A stretch of DNA of 64,000 bases from Mycobacterium phage prophiFSAT01-1. Below the pieces are notes generated by a model, which saw only the letters and a program-made list of their open reading frames with translations, had not been told where the DNA came from and searched no databases. Made by a program: the position numbers and the translations under genes. Shown here piece after piece: positions 18,358 to 26,266 of this stretch; position 1 is the stretch's first letter; each line of letters opens with the position of its first letter. The stretch lies in sequence record BK061308.1; one strand, 5' to 3'.

Positions 18358-18728
18358 GCACCAACGTCCACGTCTACCGAGAATCGCGCGAGGTTAGGAA
18401 CAAGCGCATCGCGATCATCGCGATCGACCTACTGACGCGAGTGGTCGCTGGTGACATCGAGGACCCAGCCGCGGCGCTCGCGCGATTCCATCAGGCACGC
18501 GTTGATGAGCACGTGTACTGGACGCAGCCGAGCATGATGCCGTACGACCCTGATCAGTGGTTGACGGCCAATGAGATGGCCGAGATCGCTGACGTGCTGC
18601 CTAGCACGGTTCAGCAATGGAACTACCGCGGTTACATTACAAGTTCCGAGGCGCACGACGGAACCAAGCTGTACAACGTCGGCGAGGTGAATCGCTACCT
18701 CGCACGCAGGCGACCACGCGAAGCCTGA
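18354..18728 (+). CDS. helix-turn-helix DNA-binding protein (MerR/excisionase-like HTH)
   Basis: Segment LTANEMAEIADVLPSTVQQWNYRGYI. ATGA coupling. Last gene of the rightward early block. Confidence 0.5.
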   Translation: MSTNVHVYRESREVRNKRIAIIAIDLLTRVVAGDIEDPAAALARFHQARVDEHVYWTQPSMMPYDPDQWLTANEMAEIADVLPSTVQQWNYRGYITSSEAHDGTKLYNVGEVNRYLARRRPREA

Positions 18729-18778
18729 TCTATACTGATCAGGCACCTTTCCGCAAAGGTGTCGTTGTTGTGATGGAC

Positions 18779-18818
18779 GAAGGCCCTCGGACCCCTCCGG
18801 GGGCCTTCGTTGCGTTTC
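18779..18818 (+). terminator. hairpin cluster / putative terminator at the end of the early block
   Basis: GAAGGCCC...GGGCCTTC 8-bp stem followed by GTTGCGTTTC. Preceded by two smaller hairpins at 18724-18761. Confidence 0.4.
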
Positions 18819-18926
18819 GGGCGCGCCATCAACTACCAGGCAACACAATGTCCACTACACGTCGTATCATGAGCAACTGACAGACCCATCCCAAAATCAG
18901 GTCCAGGCCTTCCGTCGGAGGCGATT

Positions 18927-20351
18927 TTGAATCCATCAGTGCTGATCAATGGGGTCGAGTTCGTACCGTCCGACACGCCGACGCAATCGCATATCGGCGT
19001 CGCGATCACGACGCGGAACCGCCCCGAAGTCCTCGCCACAACACTTGAGCATGTCCGGCGTTTTACGCCGGGTGCGACGGTGGTTGTCGTTGACGACGCA
19101 TCCACGCCGCCAGGGGTAGGCATCACCTACCGATTCCCCGAGCGTGCCGGGGTCGCCGCGGCCAAGAACAAGTGCATAGAGCTGCTGGTCGACGCTGGCT
19201 GTACTGAGCTGTTCCTTCTCGATGATGACTGCTACCCGGTCAAAGAGGGCTGGACCGATCTCTATATCGACAACCCAGAGCCTCACCTGTGCTATCTGTT
19301 CAAGACGCTGGACGCGAATGGCAAGCCGGTGGGCACTCCTGAGATCATCTATGAAGATGGTCGGACGCGCGCATTCAGTCACCCCATGGGATGCCTGATC
19401 TACATGAATCACAGCGTGATTGAGCGCTGCGGCGGCATGCGGACCATCTTTGGGGTGTGGGGCCATGAGCACGTCGAGTACAGCCTTCGTGTCAACAACA
19501 CCGGCTTGACCACCAATGCGTTTCAAGATGCCGCAGGCTCGGCTGAGTTCATCTACTCAATGGATGAGCACTGGCACAAGCATCCCGAGTTCAAGCGCAG
19601 TGTGAGCGATCGTGAGCGCCAGACGCAGATTGAGCGCAACGATCATCTGCTGGCCGAGCTGCGCGATACAACGCACGGGTTCGTCCCATACCGTCAGCTG
19701 GGCAATGAAGTCATCACCACCATGTTGACGAAAGTGGTTGATCCACAGCGTAAGAACGCTTCCAAGTTGGTGTCAGCCGACTTTCAGGTCTGGCGCAAGT
19801 CGATCAGAGGTGCGAAGTCGATCATTCTGGCCGACGAACCCTATGAGCACGACGGAGGCGCCGGGGCGTCTGTGGAGTCGGGTCTGAATCCATACCTCCA
19901 GCGCTGGATAGTCTGCTATCGCTATCTGCGCGACCACGAGAGCGCGTGGGTATGGATGACCGATGGCACCGACGTTGAGATGTTGCGCGAGCCCTGGGGC
20001 TTGATGCGTGAGGGCGCGCTGTACGTCGGGTATGAGCCGACCGTCCTGGACATCCCCTGGATGCGCCAGAACCATCCGCCGTACCAACAGTGGATAGCGG
20101 AGAACGGCGGTGCCCAACTGCTCAACGCGGGCGTCGTAGGCGGCGATCACGCGACGCTGCTGGACTTCACAGCGGACATGGTGCGCGAGATCTTCCGCGT
20201 GGGCCCAAGCAAGGTCAAGGGCGACATGGCGGCATTCAATTATGTTGCACGGTCGCCCAAGTGGCGCGAGCGGATCGTTTGGGGCAGTCAATGGCTCACC
20301 ACATTCAAGGCTAACGAACGCAACGACTGGAGCGTCTGGAAGCACAAATGA
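18927..20351 (+). CDS. glycosyltransferase (GT2-like N-terminal domain)
   Basis: VAITTRNRPEVLATTLEHV...VVVVDDAST and DDD motifs. 474 aa. First gene of a three-gene glycosylation cassette. Confidence 0.6.
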   Translation: MNPSVLINGVEFVPSDTPTQSHIGVAITTRNRPEVLATTLEHVRRFTPGATVVVVDDASTPPGVGITYRFPERAGVAAAKNKCIELLVDAGCTELFLLDDDCYPVKEGWTDLYIDNPEPHLCYLFKTLDANGKPVGTPEIIYEDGRTRAFSHPMGCLIYMNHSVIERCGGMRTIFGVWGHEHVEYSLRVNNTGLTTNAFQDAAGSAEFIYSMDEHWHKHPEFKRSVSDRERQTQIERNDHLLAELRDTTHGFVPYRQLGNEVITTMLTKVVDPQRKNASKLVSADFQVWRKSIRGAKSIILADEPYEHDGGAGASVESGLNPYLQRWIVCYRYLRDHESAWVWMTDGTDVEMLREPWGLMREGALYVGYEPTVLDIPWMRQNHPPYQQWIAENGGAQLLNAGVVGGDHATLLDFTADMVREIFRVGPSKVKGDMAAFNYVARSPKWRERIVWGSQWLTTFKANERNDWSVWKHK

Positions 20352-21025
20352 CGACACTCGATGAGATCGCACAGAAGCACGGCACAGACAAGTCATCGCT
20401 GAATCACAACTACACGGCGATCTATGAGCCACTGCTAGAACCGCTGCGCGACAAGCCGATAACACTGCTGGAGCTAGGCTGGGGTGGTCACGAGGACCCC
20501 GACAGCGGCGGCAACAGCGCGCGCGCCTGGGCCGAGTACTTCACCCATCCTGGCGCCGAGATCATCGTGGTCGAGCTGGAGTCCAAGAACGTAAGACCAG
20601 AAGACGACGAGCGAATCACCCTCTGGCAGGGCTCGCAGGACGATCAGGCGATGATCGATCAGATCGCAGCGGTGTACGGCCCGTTCGATGTGATCATTGA
20701 TGACGCAAGTCATCTGTCGTCCAAGACGATTCGCTCATTCGAGCTGCTGTTTCGCCATGTGACACCAGGCGGCATCTACGTCGTGGAGGACACGCACGCG
20801 TCCTACCATGAGCACTACTACGGGTCGATGGAAGCCAACGAGGACCCCGAGAAGCGCAGACGTGATGGTGAGTTCACCATGATGCAGTTCTTTCAGCGGT
20901 TGACCGATGAGGTCAACTACCGCGGGCGCACAGAGCTTGACCTGTTTCCCTCGCGATACGCCTGGAACGTGCCCGTTGAGTCCATCGCGTTCTACTTCAA
21001 CATGCTGGTTGCGAAGCGGCGATGA
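20348..21025 (+). CDS. SAM-dependent O-methyltransferase (class I)
   Basis: KHGTDKSSLNHNYTAIYEPLL...LLELGWGG...VIIDDASH...GGIYVVED. Confidence 0.6.
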   Translation: MTTLDEIAQKHGTDKSSLNHNYTAIYEPLLEPLRDKPITLLELGWGGHEDPDSGGNSARAWAEYFTHPGAEIIVVELESKNVRPEDDERITLWQGSQDDQAMIDQIAAVYGPFDVIIDDASHLSSKTIRSFELLFRHVTPGGIYVVEDTHASYHEHYYGSMEANEDPEKRRRDGEFTMMQFFQRLTDEVNYRGRTELDLFPSRYAWNVPVESIAFYFNMLVAKRR

Positions 21026-21735
21026 ACGTCCAAATTGGGGTTGTCGCGCATCAGGATCGAATACTTCAGGCCGAGGACATGATCGGGGCTGTTGACGCGA
21101 ACGTGGTCGCGTATGACGATGGCGATCTCGGTTGCGAGGGTAACCATCGTCGTGTGTGGTCGATGCTGACCGCGTATGACTCTGACTGGAGTGTCGTACT
21201 CGAAGACGACGCGCAGCCTGTCGAGGGCTTTCGCGCACAACTGGAATCAGCTTTGGCGGTTGCGCCTACGCCGATCGTCTCGCTGTATCTGGGCAAGGGG
21301 AGACCCGAGTTCGCGCAGGCCAGCATCCGCACGATCGCTCGCGCGCTGTCACCGGAGGAGCCGGCCGCCCCGTGCTGGCTCACTGGCCATGTACTGCTGC
21401 ACGCCGTAGGTGTGGCCCTCCGTACACCGCTGGTGCGGAGCATGCTGGAGCATCTGGCACAGCCTCCCGCAGTGTTCATGGCACAGGACCACGCGATAGA
21501 GCACTGGGCCAACGCAGCAGGGCATCGCATCGGATATACCTGGCCCAGCTTGGTGAATCATGCTGATACACCAACGGTTATCGATGAGCATCCCGATGGT
21601 GTACCCCGTGGGCCACGCATAGTTGACGGGGCCATAGTGGTGACCCCACGTAGGGGGTGGCGGGTTGGTGCACGCGAGCATTGGTCGAGCGATGAGGTCA
21701 AGCTGGCCTTGAGGAGACCGCATGTACATCGCTGA
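21022..21735 (+). CDS. glycosyltransferase-like protein
   Basis: Coupled to the methyltransferase. Composition resembles small phage glycosyltransferases; family not confirmed. Confidence 0.4.
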   Translation: MNVQIGVVAHQDRILQAEDMIGAVDANVVAYDDGDLGCEGNHRRVWSMLTAYDSDWSVVLEDDAQPVEGFRAQLESALAVAPTPIVSLYLGKGRPEFAQASIRTIARALSPEEPAAPCWLTGHVLLHAVGVALRTPLVRSMLEHLAQPPAVFMAQDHAIEHWANAAGHRIGYTWPSLVNHADTPTVIDEHPDGVPRGPRIVDGAIVVTPRRGWRVGAREHWSSDEVKLALRRPHVHR

Positions 21736-22021
21736 TCCGTATCCCTCTGATCATGGTGGATCATCCGAGTTCGCAGGTGGTGGCAGGCAGCGGGTGTACA
21801 TCACTGCTGACCACACTGTGCTGATAGATGGCGTGCAGGTGCCGGGTCTCATTGCCGAGGGTGGGGTGACGGTACACCGAGGTAGTACCGATACCAACAC
21901 GCTCAACACCTTGACCTTCACACTCTTGGTCTCAGACATAGAGATCGATGACGTTGTGGTTGAGGACGTTACGGTGCTCGAACAAGTCACCGAAGACATC
22001 AACGACGCATCACAAGACTGA
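21722..22021 (+). CDS. hypothetical protein
   Basis: ORF overlapping its neighbours. Confidence 0.35.
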   Translation: MYIADPYPSDHGGSSEFAGGGRQRVYITADHTVLIDGVQVPGLIAEGGVTVHRGSTDTNTLNTLTFTLLVSDIEIDDVVVEDVTVLEQVTEDINDASQD

Positions 22022-22022
22022 G

Positions 22023-22331
22023 ATGGTGTGGGCGGGTGACGGTCGAGGCACTGGGACCAACGTTCCGGCGTCTGTACGGCGCGCTGTGCGCATCAGAGAC
22101 AACGATGAGTGCCAGTTGCGCTACGACGGATGCACGGGCGTCTACGAAGAGCTGGACCACAAAGACGGTGTGACCCAACGGGGCATCGATAGGCGCATGA
22201 CCCTCACCGTGAGTGAACTCCAGTGCGTATGCAGCCCATGCCACAAGAAGAAGACGGCTAAGCAAGCGGCTCAAGGTCGTTCCCGCAAGCGGTACCGGGA
22301 CCCAGAGCCACACCCAGGACGGAACCGATAG
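22023..22331 (+). CDS. HNH endonuclease
   Basis: CQLRYDGCTG...LDHKDG...CSPCHKKK HNH motif. Position just upstream of the terminase genes is typical of the end of a cos-phage genome. Confidence 0.7.
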   Translation: MVWAGDGRGTGTNVPASVRRAVRIRDNDECQLRYDGCTGVYEELDHKDGVTQRGIDRRMTLTVSELQCVCSPCHKKKTAKQAAQGRSRKRYRDPEPHPGRNR

Positions 22332-22547
22332 CCCACGCGGGCATCGGAGGCTGGGGAGGGGAACCCCCTGGGGCCCCGGAAATCCCCGGTTGGCATAGGC
22401 GCTGGGGCTCCGCCTGGGTCTGGGCCTTTTCGACCCCAGCTGAAAACATGCAGAAAAACCGCAGTTCAGGCACTGTTTCGTGAGTGTTTCAGTGCCAGCC
22501 CTGACCGAAACGGTCGCGCGAAACGCGCACAGAAAGAGCAGGCACAC
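22332..22547. other. putative cos/packaging-initiation region between HNH and TerS
   Basis: Non-coding 215 bp, GC-rich with hairpins. Two further copies of the GTTTCAG/CGAAAC motif (22471-22530). Confidence 0.3.
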
Positions 22548-23036
22548 ATGGCTGGAATAGGCCCGCGTCCCAAGGACCCGGATCGGCTCGCAGGACACGG
22601 CGCGCGCCGCGGTCGCGACAACATAATGCGCATCATCCCCGCTAAGCCTGTTGAACAGCCTCCGCTACCGCAGTTCGACCTTGAGGTCAGCGTTGACGGT
22701 CAGATAGTCGCCCAACAGTTCAAGTGGCCCGCGCGGACGGTCGAGTGGTGGCAGATGTGGAAGGAATCGCCGCTGTCGAAGGAGTTCACTTCGACGGACT
22801 GGTCAGAACTGCTTGATACCGCGGTGCTGCACGCCCGGTACTGGACTGGCGACGTGAAAGTGGCCGCCGAACTGCGGTTGCGCGTTGCCAAATTCGGCGC
22901 GACACCGGAAGACCGCGCTCGTCTGCGTATTCAGTTCGCCGCGGCCAATGAGGCCGACAAGAGGGCTATCCAGCCGAGCGGGAAGTCCGATGGCGGGTCC
23001 AAAGGGCGGTACGGGCCGCTGGGGTCGACGGGCTAA
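22548..23036 (+). CDS. terminase small subunit
   Basis: N-terminal MAGIGPRPKDPDRLAGHGARRG, typical of actinophage TerS, immediately upstream of TerL. Confidence 0.65.
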   Translation: MAGIGPRPKDPDRLAGHGARRGRDNIMRIIPAKPVEQPPLPQFDLEVSVDGQIVAQQFKWPARTVEWWQMWKESPLSKEFTSTDWSELLDTAVLHARYWTGDVKVAAELRLRVAKFGATPEDRARLRIQFAAANEADKRAIQPSGKSDGGSKGRYGPLGSTG

Positions 23037-24779
23037 TTGCCCTGGAAGCCAACGGTCCCCGGTGAGCGTCCCACGCTCGGCTGGGCCGTACTCGACTGGA
23101 TAACCGAGTACCTCCCAGTCGTTGACGGCCCCAGCTTGGGTGAGCCGCTGATCTTCACGCCGGAACAGGCGCATTTCGTCGCCCGGCTCTATGAAGTGGA
23201 CCCGCTGTTCAAGCCTGGGACCTCGATCGTCGGCCGAGCGATGAATAACGGCCGGCTGATCCGCCGCGCGGTGCTTTCCCGGCCCAAGGGTTGGGGTAAG
23301 TCGCCGCTGGTGGCCGCGCTGTGCATCGTCGAGGCAATCGGCGATGTGGTCATGGACGGCTGGGACGCTGATGGCCAGCCCGTAGGCCGCCCCTGGGTCG
23401 ATCTCGGCATCAAGCCGAAGGTCCAGATCATCGCCGTCTCAGAGGATCAGACCGCCAACACCTGGGACCCATGCCTAGACATGGTGCGCAGCAGCGATCG
23501 GCTGCTCGATGACTACGACGTTGACCCGATGGAAACCTTCATCACCGTTCCGCGCGGCCGAATCGAGGCCGTCACGTCGGCCGGAATCAGTCGCGAAGGT
23601 TTCCGGCCCGTCTTCACCGCAATGGATCAGACTGAGAGCTGGACCGAGACCAACGGCGGGCTGCGGCTCGCCGGGACCATCCGCCGGAACCTCGGTAAGG
23701 TCAACGGCTGCTCTGTCGAGACCCCAAACGCGTTTCTACCTGGTGAGAACACCGTCGCCGAACGTTCGTGGAAGACATACCAGGCGCAGCTCATTCGTGC
23801 CGAGCGCCCACAAGGTGAGGGCCGCGTGCCTGGTGGCCTCTACTACGACCACCGCGAAGCGCCACCGGAAACTGATCCGTCCGACTACGACTCGCTGCGC
23901 GAGGGGTTGCGGGTGTCGTACGGCGAGTCAGCCGATGACAACGGCGGATGGGTCAACCTTGATCGGATCATCCAGGAATATTGGGATGACGACACCGACC
24001 CGCAGGACGCGCGTCGGTACTACCTGAATCAGATCACTCACGCCTCGGACCAGTGGATCAGCCAGATCGAGTGGAGTGCGATTCGCGTTGGCGACGAGAA
24101 CAAGCCAGACCTAAACCCCATCAAGCCAGGCGACTTCATCGCGGTTGGGTTCGACGGCTCACGCGGCCGTCAGCGCGGAAAAGCTGACGCCACAGCGCTG
24201 ATCGGATGCCGCATTCACGATGGCCGACTGTTCACAATCGGCATCTGGCAGGCCGAGAAACACGAAAAGAACTGGGTGCCACCGGTTCACGAGGTGGACG
24301 CCGCGGTGCGCAAGACGTTCGCAGATTTCCGGGTTATCGCGTTCAACGCTGACCCAACAGGCTGGACTGAGCAGGTAGTGGCCTGGGAAAAGGACTTCGG
24401 GCGACGGCTCAAGGTCAAGTGCTCCGTCAAGAACCCGATGATGGCCTGGCCGAAGGGCAAGGGCATCAACGTAGTCGAGCATGTTGAGATATTTCGTCAC
24501 GCCGTCGTTACGTCGGGCCAGGACGCCGGCGCGGAGGACTCCGTCATCACGATCAGCCACGGCGGTGACCTCGCGCTGACGCAACACATTCTCAACGCGC
24601 GAAAACGGGCCGCCAGCCGCGGGTACCTGATCCACAAGGCATATCCAGAGTCTCCCAACAAGATTGACGCCGCATATGCGGCAGTCATGGCGTACAAGGG
24701 ACGGCTCGACTGCTACGCCCAAGGTATCGGCGTACGCGTCAACTCATCTAGCCAGGGAAGGATGGTAGTGCTCGGATGA
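23037..24779 (+). CDS. terminase large subunit
   Basis: 580 aa with an ATPase N-terminus (…LSRPKGWGKS… Walker A-like) and a nuclease C-terminus. TTG start directly after the TerS stop. Confidence 0.85.
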   Translation: MPWKPTVPGERPTLGWAVLDWITEYLPVVDGPSLGEPLIFTPEQAHFVARLYEVDPLFKPGTSIVGRAMNNGRLIRRAVLSRPKGWGKSPLVAALCIVEAIGDVVMDGWDADGQPVGRPWVDLGIKPKVQIIAVSEDQTANTWDPCLDMVRSSDRLLDDYDVDPMETFITVPRGRIEAVTSAGISREGFRPVFTAMDQTESWTETNGGLRLAGTIRRNLGKVNGCSVETPNAFLPGENTVAERSWKTYQAQLIRAERPQGEGRVPGGLYYDHREAPPETDPSDYDSLREGLRVSYGESADDNGGWVNLDRIIQEYWDDDTDPQDARRYYLNQITHASDQWISQIEWSAIRVGDENKPDLNPIKPGDFIAVGFDGSRGRQRGKADATALIGCRIHDGRLFTIGIWQAEKHEKNWVPPVHEVDAAVRKTFADFRVIAFNADPTGWTEQVVAWEKDFGRRLKVKCSVKNPMMAWPKGKGINVVEHVEIFRHAVVTSGQDAGAEDSVITISHGGDLALTQHILNARKRAASRGYLIHKAYPESPNKIDAAYAAVMAYKGRLDCYAQGIGVRVNSSSQGRMVVLG

Positions 24780-26266
24780 CCACTGCAATCGCGCTGCCGT
24801 CGCTCCAGCTGTCGAAGGACGAACAAGCCGTACTGATGGATCTGACTACTCAGCTCCAGAAGCACCAGGGCGAAAACCTGATCAAAGAGCAGTACTACGA
24901 GGCTAAGCGCCGAATGGAAGATCTCAAGATCGCCATTCCTCCAACACTTTCCAATCTGATGTGCTGCGTAGGCTGGCCCGCCGTCGCTGTTGACAGTCTA
25001 GTTGAGCGGCTGAACTTTGAGGGCTGGTCATACGAGGGTGACGGCGAGGATCGCGACCCGCTGGGGCTCGATGAGATCTTCCTGGAGAACGATCTCGATG
25101 TCGAGTCGGATGTTAACCACACAGACGGTCTGATGTACGGAACCTCTTTTGTGGCAGTATCTTCCGGGCTAGACGATGAGCCGGAAGTGGTCGTGACGGT
25201 TGAGTCGCCGCGGAACATGACCGCCATCTACGACCCTCGTACGCGGCGCGCTACCTCGGCGTTCCTCCAGATCGTTGATCGCGAGCTGCGGTTGGTAGGC
25301 GGGCGGCTGATTCTGCCCAACGAAATCATTTCTCTGGAATGCGTTCCCATGGAACTCGGCGCGGCGGGTGTGGGAAACATGCGAGTGGTCGACCGTAACA
25401 AGCACAACCTAGAGCGCGTGCTGGTCGCCCAGATGATCAACCGGCCACGGTCGGGTGCGCGCGGCCGCAATGGACACTCTGAAATCACCGAAACACTTAT
25501 CTCGCATACGCAGTCGGGCATGCGGACGCTAGCCAATATGGAAGTAGCGCGCGAGTACCTGGCATCGCCTCAGCGCGCGGTGCTCGGTGCGAAGGAATCA
25601 TTCTTCGTCGGGGAGGACGGCAAGCCGGTCCCGGCGTGGAAATCCTATATCGGCCGCATGATCGCACTGGAGCGTGACGAGTATGGCGAGATCCCTGACA
25701 TCAAGGAATTCAAGGGCGCCAGCCTGGAATCGTTCTTCGGTCAGATGCGCACACTGAGCCAGCTCGTATCCTCTGAAATTGCTGTCCCTGCAAACTATTT
25801 GGGATTTGAGACAGACAACCCGCCATCTGCCGACGCGATCCGGTCACTAGAGGGTCGCCACGTCAAACGCGCGGAGCAGCGCCAGAAGACTTTTGGCCGC
25901 GGCTGGTCGGAGACCGCGCGGCTGTGCGTGATGGTGCGTGAAGGCAAGAAGTTCAACGAACTACCCGACGAGATTCGCAAGGTACGCCCCCAGTGGCGCG
26001 ACGCCGCAACGCCGACCTTCGCGGCAACATCCGACGCGGTGACCAAGCTCATCGACAAGGGCGTTTACACACCGACATCGCGCGTCACCCGCGACAAGCT
26101 GGGAATTAGTCGGGCTGATCAGCGACAGATGGAGATTGACGATAAGAAGACGACGGTCACGAACCTCGTCGCGTCGGTCCGTCAAGGTGTCGAGAATGCA
26201 CGCCAGGACAGCCAGGTAGCGTCCCTGGCTGACCGTAGAGCGGCATCTGTTGGCCAGCCTGGTTGA
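24776..26266 (+). CDS. portal protein
   Basis: 496 aa, between TerL and the MuF-like gene. Confidence 0.8.
   Translation: MTTAIALPSLQLSKDEQAVLMDLTTQLQKHQGENLIKEQYYEAKRRMEDLKIAIPPTLSNLMCCVGWPAVAVDSLVERLNFEGWSYEGDGEDRDPLGLDEIFLENDLDVESDVNHTDGLMYGTSFVAVSSGLDDEPEVVVTVESPRNMTAIYDPRTRRATSAFLQIVDRELRLVGGRLILPNEIISLECVPMELGAAGVGNMRVVDRNKHNLERVLVAQMINRPRSGARGRNGHSEITETLISHTQSGMRTLANMEVAREYLASPQRAVLGAKESFFVGEDGKPVPAWKSYIGRMIALERDEYGEIPDIKEFKGASLESFFGQMRTLSQLVSSEIAVPANYLGFETDNPPSADAIRSLEGRHVKRAEQRQKTFGRGWSETARLCVMVREGKKFNELPDEIRKVRPQWRDAATPTFAATSDAVTKLIDKGVYTPTSRVTRDKLGISRADQRQMEIDDKKTTVTNLVASVRQGVENARQDSQVASLADRRAASVGQPG

Noticed and set aside
18847-18880. 10-codon mini-ORF (MSTTRRIMSN) right after the third ATCAACTACCAGGCAAC motif
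   Set aside because: It could be a leader peptide but is too short to support. It is noted only in connection with the motif.
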